Source of the DNA: Candidatus Heimdallarchaeota archaeon
Lineage (GTDB): Archaea > Asgardarchaeota > Heimdallarchaeia > Heimdallarchaeales > Heimdallarchaeaceae
NCBI GenBank assembly: GCA_018238545.1
Contig: JABCTC010000001.1
Span: forward strand, 88,977 to 152,976
DNA: 64,000 bases
Reading direction: 5' to 3'
The number at the start of each line of letters is the position of its first letter. Position 1 is the stretch's first letter. The position numbers and the translations under genes were made by a program. The notes under the pieces were generated by a model that made no database searches, was not told the origin of the DNA, and saw only the letters and a list, made by a program, of their open reading frames with translations. Shown here piece after piece: positions 50,727 to 61,773 of the stretch.

Positions 50727-53033
50727 TTGACTTTTGTGACTGAAAAAGAAACGAAAACGATAAATGTTACAGGAATGACATGTGCCTCCTGTGTTGCTAG
50801 AGTAGAGAAAGCACTAATTTCCTTGGAAGGTGTAGAATCAGCAGCTGTAAATTTGCTAAGTCATAGTGCTCAAATCATTTTTGATCCTGATTTAGTTGAA
50901 GAAAAACAGATCTTCAAAATTGTTGAAAAAACAGGTTACAAAGCTTCTGAAAGAACAGATGAACTTTCTTTCATGAAGAATGAACAACTCATCGATATGC
51001 GAAACAGATTTATTGCAAGTCTTATTTTCGCTCTTCCTGTGCTTATTTTTGCAATGGGGGGTATGTTCTCTCCAATTTTTGCTATATGGATGGATGAAAC
51101 GATTATCTTTGAAGGTATGTTACTTACAGATTTTATTCAATTTATTCTAGCAACTCCAATACAGTTTATTATTGCATTTCCTTTTTACAAAGTAGCTTGG
51201 AAGAGTATAATTAACAAGAGCGCTTCCATGGATGTATTAGTAGTATTAGGCACACTTTCCGCATATTTTTACAGTCTATTTTCTATGATTTATCCTTACA
51301 TTCAACCAGCATTTGAAGGTGACATATTCTTTGAAACCTCTTCTATTCTTCTTACTTTCATCTTTCTAGGAAAGTATCTGGAAGAGGTTACAAAAGGTAG
51401 GACTTCTGAAGCTATAAAGAAACTCATAGAACTGAGACCAAATACAGCTATCGTAATAAGAGATGACCAGGAGATTGAAATTCCAATAGACGATGTAGCT
51501 ATAGGTGATATTTGTTTAATTCATCCAGGAACAAGTGTGCCTGTTGATGGTATCATTGTCGAAGGACAAAGCTATGTAAATGAGTCTATGATAACAGGTG
51601 AAAGTGTATCAGTTTTCAAAGAAAAAGAAGCTGAGATTATTGGTGGAACTATTAATGAAAACGGTTTTCTTAAGATGAGAACAACAAGAATTGGTAAGGA
51701 TACTACTTTGAATAAAATCATCAAAATGGTAGAAGATGCACAAACTTCAAAAATACCAATTCAACGTATGGCAGATCGTATATCTGCTCTGTTCGTTCCA
51801 GTAGTAATTGTTCTCGCTATTCTTTCATTTATCCTTTGGTTCTCGCTCTATAGTTTTGAGTTGATCTCCCTTCCTTTACCTGCAGGAACTAGTATATTTT
51901 TACTTGCGTTCCTCACATCTATTTCAGTATTAGTTATTTCCTGCCCATGTGCTCTGGGATTAGCAACTCCGACAGCTATAATGGTAGGAACAGGACTCGG
52001 GGCTCAAAATGGCATATTGATTAGAACTGGTGAAGCTCTTGAAATAGCAAGACAAGTTGATGTAGTGCTTTTTGATAAAACTGGTACTATAACAAAAGGT
52101 TTACCTGAAGTTACAAGTATTATATCGATTGAAGAAAGTTTATCTGAAAAGGAATTACTGCAAATAGCTGCATCTCTAGAAAAAGGTTCTGAGCATTCTC
52201 TAGCTAAGGCAATAATTTCTAAAGCAGAAGAAATGGAACTTGCATTCTTAAAGATTGAATCATTTAATGCTTTTCCAGGAAAAGGTATTGAAGCGACTAT
52301 TGATAATCATAACTTTTCAATTGGAAATAGAAAATTAGCTACTGAGCTTAAATCTACTATTCCTAGCTCAATAAACGACAAGATGGAAAACCTTGAGAAT
52401 GAAGGAAATACTGTAATGATTGTTTTTCGTGACAAGTCTCCAGTCGGAATAATATCTGTTGCCGATACTATAAAAGAATCTTCGAAAGAAGCAATTGAAT
52501 TGTTGAAGGAAATGGGTATGCTTACTGTTATGGTTAGTGGAGACAATGAAAGAGCAGCAAAAGCAATAGCTAATGAAGTAGGAATTTTTGAAGTTCATGC
52601 AGAAATCTTGCCTGAAGAAAAAGTCAATGTTGTTAAATCATATCAAGAAAAAGGATTGAAAGTTCTTTTTGGTGGAGATGGTGTTAATGATGCCCCCGCC
52701 TTAGCTCAAGCAGATGTAGGTGTAGCAATGGGGGCTGGCACTGATGTAGCTATTGAAGCAGGAGATATAGTTCTTATCAAAGATGATCTTCGTGATGTTG
52801 TAACAGCTATTGATTTAAGTAAGAAAACTATCAGAAGGGTTAAAATGGGTCTTTTCTGGGCTTTGATCTATAACGCTATTGGTATTCCTTTAGCTGCTGG
52901 TTTAAGTTTTGTTTGGTTTGGTGCCCCTATTCCTGCAGTATTTGCTGGATTAGCTATGTCTCTCTCTTCTGTCTCAGTAGTGATCAACGCATTGCTTCTA
53001 AAAAGATATAAGAATCCTTTTGAAAAAAGTTAA
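50727..53033 (+). CDS. copA: Cu(I)-translocating P1B-ATPase
   Basis: GMTCASC, TGES, CPCALGLATP, DKTGT, GDGVNDAP, YN..GIP. Confidence 0.95.
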   Translation: MTFVTEKETKTINVTGMTCASCVARVEKALISLEGVESAAVNLLSHSAQIIFDPDLVEEKQIFKIVEKTGYKASERTDELSFMKNEQLIDMRNRFIASLIFALPVLIFAMGGMFSPIFAIWMDETIIFEGMLLTDFIQFILATPIQFIIAFPFYKVAWKSIINKSASMDVLVVLGTLSAYFYSLFSMIYPYIQPAFEGDIFFETSSILLTFIFLGKYLEEVTKGRTSEAIKKLIELRPNTAIVIRDDQEIEIPIDDVAIGDICLIHPGTSVPVDGIIVEGQSYVNESMITGESVSVFKEKEAEIIGGTINENGFLKMRTTRIGKDTTLNKIIKMVEDAQTSKIPIQRMADRISALFVPVVIVLAILSFILWFSLYSFELISLPLPAGTSIFLLAFLTSISVLVISCPCALGLATPTAIMVGTGLGAQNGILIRTGEALEIARQVDVVLFDKTGTITKGLPEVTSIISIEESLSEKELLQIAASLEKGSEHSLAKAIISKAEEMELAFLKIESFNAFPGKGIEATIDNHNFSIGNRKLATELKSTIPSSINDKMENLENEGNTVMIVFRDKSPVGIISVADTIKESSKEAIELLKEMGMLTVMVSGDNERAAKAIANEVGIFEVHAEILPEEKVNVVKSYQEKGLKVLFGGDGVNDAPALAQADVGVAMGAGTDVAIEAGDIVLIKDDLRDVVTAIDLSKKTIRRVKMGLFWALIYNAIGIPLAAGLSFVWFGAPIPAVFAGLAMSLSSVSVVINALLLKRYKNPFEKS

Positions 53034-53149
53034 TGTGTCAGAATTTTTTCTGTTTGATTTCAGATACTTATCAATGTTTCTGCTTGTTAGGGGTTTTCTA
53101 ACTCCGTTTTATCCTAATATATATGAGTGTCTGAAGAATCTGTTACTTA

Positions 53150-53659
53150 ATGATAGGAATAGAACTGGATCTCATCAATAAGAGAAAAACAACCAATATC
53201 AGTTTTATTGGAAAAATTGATTTCCCAGCTTCATATATTCCTCACTTGATTGAAGGATTATATTATACCAATTTCATACCTTTCATCAGATGTAGGACAA
53301 ACAGACTGTTCTTCATGTATTGGCAACCATTTACTTCTAATTGTTTAACTTTGGACTATCTTACTGATTTACGAATGAGACTAAGTTTGAAGTATTATAA
53401 AGGAGATATCATGAAAGTTACTGATTACAGTATAGATACTTTCAAAGAACATGATGCTTATTTCTTGAAAGGTCAATGGAGAAATGACAAGGATCGTATT
53501 AAAGGAGTCTTCGAATTGATGGCAGTTCACACTGGTAACTTCCTGTTACTCTTCGATATTTCCTCGGCAGAAAACCATTTTTCTAACCCAGGAATATTAG
53601 AATTACGCGAAATACGTGATAGTCTTAGATTCTCTAGTGAACTTGAAACAGAAATGTGA
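53150..53659 (+). CDS. Hypothetical protein
   Basis: Open frame only. Confidence 0.55.
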   Translation: MIGIELDLINKRKTTNISFIGKIDFPASYIPHLIEGLYYTNFIPFIRCRTNRLFFMYWQPFTSNCLTLDYLTDLRMRLSLKYYKGDIMKVTDYSIDTFKEHDAYFLKGQWRNDKDRIKGVFELMAVHTGNFLLLFDISSAENHFSNPGILELREIRDSLRFSSELETEM

Positions 53660-53744
53660 CCACATTGAGTCTTCATTCTTTTTTGGTAAAGTTTATATAT
53701 TCCTCAACAAAGTTGGTCAAGGAGAAAAAACTAGGAGTTTTAGC

Positions 53745-54986
53745 ATGAAATTCAGTAAAAAATGGCTATTTATAATTTTAATTGGTTTTATTACATTTTC
53801 ATCATTTCCTCAGTCAACATATGGTGTAGTTTTCTATACAGATTATATGCCGCATCTTACAGGAGGAAACAACGAAGAATATGTTCTCATATACAAATAT
53901 GATACAATTTCAAATGATGCTGTCATTCATGAAGAAATAAAATCTCGTATATGCACACGTACACTTACTGAATTTCAAACCGTTGAATCTGATGATACTC
54001 TCATTACAAATTGGGATTTCGTTTATGAAGAAAGAGCAATAGAATCAAATAAAACTGATCTAGTATTTTTCAATTCTCGCTCCTACGTGTTCATTGCTGC
54101 AGAAGATACAACATCTGGAAATCTTACCTTTTTCGCTACATTTAGTGATGACAATGGAGCTACATGGGAAGATATACGCCATGTATTCAATTCTTCCGTG
54201 AAAATTGACTATTTCTTAGAATTTGGAGTAGCAAATTTAGCTACTGAACTTTTCATCGCATACAGTTACAAAATAAATCCTTCAGGTACTGTTAAACGAA
54301 CAGAAATTCTTACAATTGACCCTGTATCTTTGAGTGTAAGTCTAAGTGATGTAAGCACTGATTTTTATGGAGATGATTTTGAGCTTTATACTCATGAAAA
54401 CAATATTTACGTTGTTTCAACTTATGAAGATACTTTTGATAATAGATTTGTCAGACTAGCTTCTACTTCTACAGGCACTTCTTTTGACGGCCAAACTGTA
54501 TATATAGATCCGTTGTTTGGTCTTGCTGAGTATTTTGAACCTTCTGTAGTAGCATGGAATGATGGTTTCTTTGTTGTAGCACACGATTTAATTGAAGATA
54601 TTTATGATGAAGTTCAAAACATAACTTTCACTGAACATATACTCTGGGGAGCTTATGTAGGAAATGTAGCTGATAGCTCATCCATCACATACCATAAGGT
54701 AGTGAAAGATGAAGCAGCGGGATATACTCGAAAATCACCAAGTGTTTCTACTTATGAAGGTCAAATATTTGTCGCTTTTGAACTAACAGAAGGAACAAAA
54801 TTGGGTGGAGGGCGTCCAGAAGTTGCATTTTCATTCTCAACAAATGGAGACACATGGACAGATAATTTCATGGGTGGTTTCACAATTTACTTCAATCCCG
54901 GTATTTTCTTTGCAATTGCAACAATAGCCTGTTTTGCAATTGTCCTACCAGTGTATCTTGTAGTATCCAAAGCTAAAAAGAATTAA
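53745..54986 (+). CDS. Secreted, C-terminally anchored BNR/Asp-box (sialidase-like beta-propeller) protein
   Basis: Signal peptide; SDDNGATW and STNGDTW Asp-boxes; C-terminal TM helix. Confidence 0.7.
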   Translation: MKFSKKWLFIILIGFITFSSFPQSTYGVVFYTDYMPHLTGGNNEEYVLIYKYDTISNDAVIHEEIKSRICTRTLTEFQTVESDDTLITNWDFVYEERAIESNKTDLVFFNSRSYVFIAAEDTTSGNLTFFATFSDDNGATWEDIRHVFNSSVKIDYFLEFGVANLATELFIAYSYKINPSGTVKRTEILTIDPVSLSVSLSDVSTDFYGDDFELYTHENNIYVVSTYEDTFDNRFVRLASTSTGTSFDGQTVYIDPLFGLAEYFEPSVVAWNDGFFVVAHDLIEDIYDEVQNITFTEHILWGAYVGNVADSSSITYHKVVKDEAAGYTRKSPSVSTYEGQIFVAFELTEGTKLGGGRPEVAFSFSTNGDTWTDNFMGGFTIYFNPGIFFAIATIACFAIVLPVYLVVSKAKKN

Positions 54987-55065
54987 TACTTTCTTTTTTC
55001 TCCTTTCATTTATTTTTCAAAACTAAAAGAATACTTTTTTATATTTCACTTACCAATTTACAAAT

Positions 55066-55761
55066 ATGTCTAATTCGACATACAACGGCTTCATTGTCAT
55101 ACTAGGTTTTTGTATCATAAGTTTACCAATAATATTCATTTCTTTGAGCACAGCTCCCCCTCCTTTAACTCAGTTTCAAAGTACCATGAATATTGTATCT
55201 ATTCCTGGAGATGCATTAAGTGAAGAAGTACTGGAAAATATGAAAAATATTAATGGTAGTACACCTGATCTCTTCGATGATATCTCAACAATCCCTCAAC
55301 TCGTAAATATTAACAATATTTCTGAATTAATATTTACTGAAAATGAATTTATAAGCAATTACAGTATGGATGTTTATACAGGATTTAGTAAAGAAGTCCA
55401 TCTTTTCATCCTAGATATGGTGATAACTACAGTATCCACTGTTGATGTGGCAAAGAACACTTTTGTGGAATTATTTGATGATACAAATGGAACCATGCTT
55501 TCTTACATGTATATGTTAGATGATTGGAATTCATATTATTTCACAGAATCTAACTATCCCTCTGTTAATGAAACCATAGAAACAATCTATACAAACTTTG
55601 GACCTTTAACTCTTGAATATATGGTTACAATATCTTTCTTTGCAGATTTGGATATTAACGGAACACAAACAACTACAAGTTTCGAACGTTTGATATTTGT
55701 AGATGATTCTGGAATTGTTCTGTTCTTCCTTACCAATGAGGTTGCATGGGAAATAAAATAA
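55066..55761 (+). CDS. Hypothetical membrane-anchored protein
   Basis: N-terminal TM helix, acidic N/T-rich body. Confidence 0.65.
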   Translation: MSNSTYNGFIVILGFCIISLPIIFISLSTAPPPLTQFQSTMNIVSIPGDALSEEVLENMKNINGSTPDLFDDISTIPQLVNINNISELIFTENEFISNYSMDVYTGFSKEVHLFILDMVITTVSTVDVAKNTFVELFDDTNGTMLSYMYMLDDWNSYYFTESNYPSVNETIETIYTNFGPLTLEYMVTISFFADLDINGTQTTTSFERLIFVDDSGIVLFFLTNEVAWEIK

Positions 55762-55773
55762 CTTGATTTCTTT

Positions 55774-56877
55774 TTGTGTGGTAAAATGTTAAAAGAATGG
55801 CGATTGTTAAATTTAGGCGAGGTTCCTTGGAAGAGGACCCAATCGATATACCATGCATTAGCTTTAGTTCAAGAAGAATTAAAAACACCAAACACTCTTA
55901 TAATTATTTGGCCCAATAAACCCTTTGTGTGTATAGGTCTTCATCAAATTATTGACACTTCTATTGATTTAAAGAATATCCTTTCCATGAATTTACCTTA
56001 TATCAGAAGAGCTTGTGGTGGAGGATCAGTTTATTTGAATAATGAGCAGATATTCTACCAAATAATATGTAGAGAAAAAGAATATCCAAAAGATATGCAA
56101 GAGTTTTATAAATTGTTTTTAGCTCCTGCCGTTAAAACTTATAGGCACTTTGATATTCCCGCACAGTTTGTGCCTGTAAATGACATAGTTGCCGATAATA
56201 GAAAAATAAGTGGAAATGGTGCAGTAACCTATAACAACTCAAAGGTTCTTGTTGGTAATTTTATTATTGATTTTCCTGCTCAGAACATGTCTAAAATTCT
56301 TAAAGTTCCTGATGAGAAATTTAGAGATAAAATAGCCTCTACTCTAGAAGAAAGAATGGGAAGTTTTAGGTATTTCTTGAATAAAATCCCTTCAAGAGAA
56401 GAAATAATCTCAGAATATATTGTAAATTTTGAGAAGAAATTAACTATTAAACTCATTGAAGGGGAATTACTACAAGAGGAAATTGATAAGATACAAGAAA
56501 TAGAAAATTTGTATGACACTGATGATTGGCTTTACTATGTTGAAAAAACTGGACGTGAAACATATCAACAAAAAATAAAAAGTGGGACATATTTCACATC
56601 AATTATCAAAAAATTGCCTGGAGGATTAATCAATTTATTCCTACATTTTGATGAGGATAAATTACAGGATATTATTATCTCAGGAGATTTTAGCTTAAAT
56701 CCACCTTTTGTACTTCATGAGATTGAAGCAGGATTAAAAGGTATTCCAATTGATTATGATGTCATAAGAATCAAACTAGGAACACTTCTCGATGAAAAAG
56801 ATGTAGAAATGCCAGGGATACAAAGAGAAGAATTAGCAAAGTTAATTGTAGAGGCTTATGATAAACTGAAAAAATAA
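55774..56877 (+). CDS. Lipoate-protein ligase A family
   Basis: RRACGGGSVY, NDIV, RKISGNG; C-terminal IIISGDF. Confidence 0.9.
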   Translation: MCGKMLKEWRLLNLGEVPWKRTQSIYHALALVQEELKTPNTLIIIWPNKPFVCIGLHQIIDTSIDLKNILSMNLPYIRRACGGGSVYLNNEQIFYQIICREKEYPKDMQEFYKLFLAPAVKTYRHFDIPAQFVPVNDIVADNRKISGNGAVTYNNSKVLVGNFIIDFPAQNMSKILKVPDEKFRDKIASTLEERMGSFRYFLNKIPSREEIISEYIVNFEKKLTIKLIEGELLQEEIDKIQEIENLYDTDDWLYYVEKTGRETYQQKIKSGTYFTSIIKKLPGGLINLFLHFDEDKLQDIIISGDFSLNPPFVLHEIEAGLKGIPIDYDVIRIKLGTLLDEKDVEMPGIQREELAKLIVEAYDKLKK

Positions 56878-56933
56878 CTAATGTCACACCCATTACTTTT
56901 TTAAATTACTTAATTAGATAATATTCGGTTTAT

Positions 56934-57794
56934 ATGAAAGTAAAAGTTTTTACTGATATTACTACATTTATTCCTGAAGAACTTGCAAAGGAGTATGATA
57001 TAGATTTTACAGATCTTTCTGTTCTAATGGAAGATGGTGTACATAAGGAGAAATCCATTGACCGAGAGGATTTCATTAACAAAATGAAAGACATGGATCC
57101 TTATCCTACAACAAGTCAACCAAATGCTCATGATTACCTTGAATCTTTTCAAAAAATTTTGAGTGAAGGATATGACCATGTGTTCTATATTGCGTTGAGT
57201 TTAAATCTTTCTAACGCTCAGAATTCTGCACATCAAGCTGTTAAGAAACTGAAGAAAGGACAAGTTACTATTTATGATAGTGAAATCATGGGAGCTTGTC
57301 AAGGTATTATGGCTTTATCTGCATCAAAACTCTTTAAGAAAGGGAAAAGCATCGATGAAGTTATTACTTATCTTGATAGTCTTAAGGATAAGATATACGG
57401 AGCAGGTTTATCTTCGAGCTTTGATATCTTATTCAAAACAGGAAAGGTGAAAAAAGGAGCAGCTATCTCTGTGATTTCTTCTGTCATGAAATTGAAACCC
57501 ATGTTTGAGCTCAATTTCGAAAAAGGTATTATAAGTTTAGGTGGCGGAAAAGGTTTCAAAGGTGCAGTAAAGAAGATTATGGAAAATATCCAAGAGAAGA
57601 CCGATCCTGAATCTGAATACGTTCTTATTCTTAGTGATGCTCTCTCTCCAAATCTTATGATGACAATGGAAAAAGAAATTAAAAAGATTAGAAAAATAAA
57701 GGAAGTTTATTACTGGCCTATATCAGTTATTGCTGCACATACATTAGGCAAAGGAGCCGTTACTGTAGTATTAGGGCCTTCTTGGGAGATTTAA
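56934..57794 (+). CDS. DegV family protein
   Basis: PTTSQPN, LSLNLSN, HTLG. Confidence 0.85.
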   Translation: MKVKVFTDITTFIPEELAKEYDIDFTDLSVLMEDGVHKEKSIDREDFINKMKDMDPYPTTSQPNAHDYLESFQKILSEGYDHVFYIALSLNLSNAQNSAHQAVKKLKKGQVTIYDSEIMGACQGIMALSASKLFKKGKSIDEVITYLDSLKDKIYGAGLSSSFDILFKTGKVKKGAAISVISSVMKLKPMFELNFEKGIISLGGGKGFKGAVKKIMENIQEKTDPESEYVLILSDALSPNLMMTMEKEIKKIRKIKEVYYWPISVIAAHTLGKGAVTVVLGPSWEI

Positions 57795-57800
57795 TCTCCA

Positions 57801-59027
57801 TTATCTTTCTTTTTTGAAAATAAGTATATTTTCTTTTTGCATTATATTATAGAGACCAAAAATTATTTTATCTATATTTCGTTCTAATTTATAGCCCATA
57901 TTCTGGAACTGGTTTATGGTCATTTCTACTGTTTTGATTTCTTCCTTGTTAATTCTAGCATTACCGATAATTATGACACAGTATTTGTCTTTCTTTAGTA
58001 CTCTATCCATTTCCAGATATATTTTTTCCATGTCTTTATTGTAACTTGAAATCTTGTTTTTACCTTTACCTCTAACACCTATGAAGTCATTTCTTATAAT
58101 TTCAATATCATGTCCTAGAGCTGAAAGAGCATGTTTATCATTTTCTACATAATCTAGAGCAATAGAATAAGGAGGTGATGAAACAATACCATCGATTGAA
58201 TTTGAATTTAATTTCAACTCTCTCGAATCTCCTTTGTAAATGTCAACTTTTCCTAGTTTGAGCTTGTGGTTTTTTTGTAAATCTGCATAATCAGAAACAG
58301 AAGTTATCATTTTTGCTGAATTCTTCAGGAATGATTTTCTAAAATCTTTCTTTCTTCTTCTTATCTTGTCGCTATGAGCTATTAGTTCTGAAACCTTGAA
58401 GAAATTTCTAACTTCCGGTTTCTCTATTGAACTAGTTATTTGAGAAATTTTAGTGCTTATTTCTTCTTCTTGATGTCCTTGTAATTTACCAAGTTCTTCT
58501 TCAATTTCAATTTGATTATAGATAATATCATCAATATAGTATATGGAATTGGTTTTCACTTGAGAGATTAAACTACATACTTCTGATACATCAACTCCAA
58601 TACAGTTGATTCCTAATAATTGAGCTTCTAAAGCTGCAGTTCCACTACCTACAAAAGGATCTAGAATAGTTTCGCCTTCTTTTACTTTCATGTAGTTGAT
58701 TAAAGCCCGAATCATTTGAGGGTGGAATTTTCCTTTATATGGATAGAACCAATGCGTAAGATATTGGTTTATTGACCTTGTGATATTTTTAGAAGTTATA
58801 TCGTTATACAGACTTGATCTTGAAAGAGCAGATCCAAAGTAAGCTGTGCGTGAAAGAAACTGTTCTAGATTGGTAATTTCTTTGACAGAGAAATTACGGA
58901 AATCCTCCGATACTTTGTATTCAACATCAAAACTTTGCAATTCTAACTGGGCAAGAACTAGTTCATAGATGAATTGCACATTCCAAAATAGTTCAATGTT
59001 TTTGAAGTTGTTTCTACTATCATTCAT
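57801..59027 (-). CDS. DNA amino-methyltransferase (probably N4-cytosine), no adjacent restriction endonuclease
   Basis: YPYKGKFHPQ, ILDPFVGSGT (motif I), SSPPY (motif IV). Confidence 0.85.
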   Translation of the reverse strand: MNDSRNNFKNIELFWNVQFIYELVLAQLELQSFDVEYKVSEDFRNFSVKEITNLEQFLSRTAYFGSALSRSSLYNDITSKNITRSINQYLTHWFYPYKGKFHPQMIRALINYMKVKEGETILDPFVGSGTAALEAQLLGINCIGVDVSEVCSLISQVKTNSIYYIDDIIYNQIEIEEELGKLQGHQEEEISTKISQITSSIEKPEVRNFFKVSELIAHSDKIRRRKKDFRKSFLKNSAKMITSVSDYADLQKNHKLKLGKVDIYKGDSRELKLNSNSIDGIVSSPPYSIALDYVENDKHALSALGHDIEIIRNDFIGVRGKGKNKISSYNKDMEKIYLEMDRVLKKDKYCVIIIGNARINKEEIKTVEMTINQFQNMGYKLERNIDKIIFGLYNIMQKENILIFKKER

Positions 59028-59144
59028 CTATAAACACTACCTTCAATATAATCAGTGTTCTTTCCCCTTCTTTATGCCTTTAAATCATTGATTTAAAAAT
59101 CTATACAGTGCGAAAGATTTTAATTTAAGCTGATTGATGAAGTT

Positions 59145-59912
59145 TTGATGGAAGAGATAGCTATATTCTATGGATTGATGATTGCCTCTGTTGTTATAGC
59201 TGTTGCGATGTTTATATTATTACTTTTCATCTCTGCTCCTTATGGAAGACATGTACGAAGAGGATGGGGACCAAGCATTTCAAGCAAAGCAGGTTGGATA
59301 ATTATGGAAACTCCTGCTGTAATTATTTTTGGCGTTATTTTAGCTTTCAGCGAAAGAAGATTTGATCTCATCCCTTTAGCTTTTGCTTTTCTCTGGTTAT
59401 CCCATTATATTCAAAGAGATTTGATTTTTCCATTTTTCCTAAGGACAAACAAACGAATGCCTCTTATCATCATGTTCTTTGGTATGTTGTTCCAAACATC
59501 AAATACTTACTTAAATGCACGTTGGATTTTTGTTTTTGCACCTGAGGATTATTATCACGAGAACTGGTTTCTGGATCCTAGATTCATTATAGGTGTTATC
59601 TTGTTCATAATCGGTTATATCATCAATAGACATTCTGATATCATACTTAGAGATCTAAGAAAACCAGGTGAAAAAGGATATAAAATACCTTTTGGAGGAT
59701 TTTATCGTTTTGTGTCAAGTCCTAATTATCTAGGCGAGATAGTACTTTGGACAGGTTGGGCTTTGGTAACATGGAGCCTTCCAGGATTGCTATTCATAGT
59801 ATGGACACTAGCTAATCTTATTCCTAGAGCAAAATCTCATCATGCTTGGTACAAAGAAACATTTGAAGATTATCCTGAAAAACGAAAAATTATTTTTCCA
59901 TTTATTTATTAG
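59145..59912 (+). CDS. 3-oxo-5-alpha-steroid 4-dehydrogenase (steroid 5-alpha-reductase family)
   Basis: APYGRH, GWIIMETP, YKIPFGG, SPNYLGE, NLIPRAKSHHAWY. Confidence 0.9.
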   Translation: MMEEIAIFYGLMIASVVIAVAMFILLLFISAPYGRHVRRGWGPSISSKAGWIIMETPAVIIFGVILAFSERRFDLIPLAFAFLWLSHYIQRDLIFPFFLRTNKRMPLIIMFFGMLFQTSNTYLNARWIFVFAPEDYYHENWFLDPRFIIGVILFIIGYIINRHSDIILRDLRKPGEKGYKIPFGGFYRFVSSPNYLGEIVLWTGWALVTWSLPGLLFIVWTLANLIPRAKSHHAWYKETFEDYPEKRKIIFPFIY

Positions 59913-59954
59913 ATTAATTTGTTACATTAGTAAAAGATTTATCTTTACGATATT

Positions 59955-60605
59955 TCATTTTTCTAACAATTCCAGAAGATCATTTTTGTTTACTAGTCTA
60001 TAACTTGGCTTATAGTTAGTTCGATAAGTTTCAGAGTGATGAATGAGTGGCATTTCAGAACTTTTTTCTATACTTTCAGTTAACCTAAGAATTACCTTAA
60101 TCCACTGAAGTACCATATATTCCTCTCTTTCAGATGTCACGATGAAACCATTTTCACTTAAATCAACAAGCTCTTTCCAGTTTTCTCTAAAAACCTTAGT
60201 GGATTTTGGTGTAGATTTTTCAGCTTTTAGCATCAAGTTCCATAATTCATGTAATTTACCTAAATTGTCATTTTTCCACACTCTAAGGTTGATTCTACAA
60301 AGATCTGTTTTATTGTTTAGTATGTCAAATAATCTCTCATTTGGACGAGGTTTTGATGCCAAATTTAACTCTTCATTAAGGTATTGAACAACAATCTCTT
60401 GATTTCGATTTGAAAGAAGGTGTGTCCATCCACAAGAGCCTTGAAAAACAAATTTGTAGATGTCTTGCCATTCTAATTTTGGATAACTCTCAATATGTTC
60501 TATTATCGGTTGGATTGATAAACGAGTAGAAGTATCAAGTTTAAGAGATAGAGAATTACCGGATATTTTAGGTATCAAGCTCTTGAATTCTGTTAAAAGT
60601 TTCAT
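59955..60605 (-). CDS. Hypothetical protein
   Basis: QDIYKFVFQG...H and HHSETYRTNYKPSYR look like conserved-family motifs. Confidence 0.7.
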   Translation of the reverse strand: MKLLTEFKSLIPKISGNSLSLKLDTSTRLSIQPIIEHIESYPKLEWQDIYKFVFQGSCGWTHLLSNRNQEIVVQYLNEELNLASKPRPNERLFDILNNKTDLCRINLRVWKNDNLGKLHELWNLMLKAEKSTPKSTKVFRENWKELVDLSENGFIVTSEREEYMVLQWIKVILRLTESIEKSSEMPLIHHSETYRTNYKPSYRLVNKNDLLELLEK

Positions 60606-60746
60606 TCAAACAAAAATAAAATTATACTTTCTAAAGATTTTGGGTGAAATGTTTTCAATAAGTGTTGAAAATGTTGCATATCTGTAAGTTTTATCATGTA
60701 AACTTATAAACCAGAAATGTCCTTGATTATACTTAGATGTGATTAA

Positions 60747-61299
60747 ATGAAAAAGGAACGAAGTTTAATTTTTGTTAGTATTTTAGTAATATTACTCTTT
60801 GCTGTTCTTACTCCCGTAAGTCTTCAAGCAAATGACCAAAAGCCTTTTGTGAATAATGAAAGTAGTCTAGAGGCCACTATCACTTCAACAATTTATATTC
60901 ATAATAATGCTGAATTACAGGCTCTAGCAATTTCTTGTTCTGGGAGTCCTGGTTCTGGATCTCCAGCAGATCCTTGGATAATCAGAGATTTAGTAATAAA
61001 TACTACAGATACACTTGGTTTAAGAATAGATGATACGACTGAATACTTTGAGATTCTCAATTGTACAGTAACAGCTAGCTGGGGTATCTATCTCGATAAT
61101 TTAGCTGATAGTACAGCTCGAATCAGGAATAATACTGTCATTAATTGTGATTCATATGGTATTTACCTTTACATGGCAAATGGAACTAATTATACTTATT
61201 CATGAATTCAGTATATCACAGATAGGTTTTTGGGGTTTAATCATATCCATTATGAGTCTATTTGTTGTATTAAATAGGATTAGAAAACGAAAGAACTAG
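60747..61299 (+). pseudogene. Secreted NosD/right-handed beta-helix protein with an internal deletion
   Basis: Signal peptide + GSGSPADPWIIRDL + PbH1 repeats, stop at 61205; out-of-frame TM-basic tail FSISQIGFWGLIISIMSLFVVLNRIRKRKN* ends at 61299. Confidence 0.7.
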
Positions 61300-61371
61300 T
61301 TTTTTTCTTTTTTCTCTTTTTTTCAAATATTATAATATATTTTGGTAAAATGAAATAAAAGAAGGGAAAAG

Positions 61372-61640
61372 TTATCTCTTCCTTTTTATAAACAAACCAG
61401 ATAATAATAAAACTGCAAAAATTCCAACAAATAGTGCAAAAGAACTTTCTGCTGTTTCCATACTCTCGTCAGGGAAATCATATGGGTTATTTGGATTGGT
61501 TCCGTGTAGAATTTCCCATCCGTCTTGGTGAGAATCTCCATCAGAGTCGTTGTTGAAAGGGTTGCAACCATAGATATATTCTAGAAAATTATTCAATGAA
61601 TCGTTATCTGGGTCATCCCAAGCATCATTGTAATCAAGAG
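61372..61640 (-). pseudogene. C-terminal fragment of a surface protein with Ca-binding DxDxDG repeats and TM anchor
   Basis: DAWDDPDNDSLNNFLEY...DSDGDSHQDGWE...GTNP, TM helix + KRKR; the frame runs into non-coding sequence upstream. Confidence 0.7.
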
Positions 61641-61773
61641 AAAAAGAAAATAATACTCTTTTTCCTTTTTTTTCCTTTTCTTTAGTATTTTGATTTTTGG
61701 AAAAATCTTAAATAGAAATCAAATCAATTTATTATTTAACAAGATAAAGATAAAATTCAGGAGATACTTGAGA

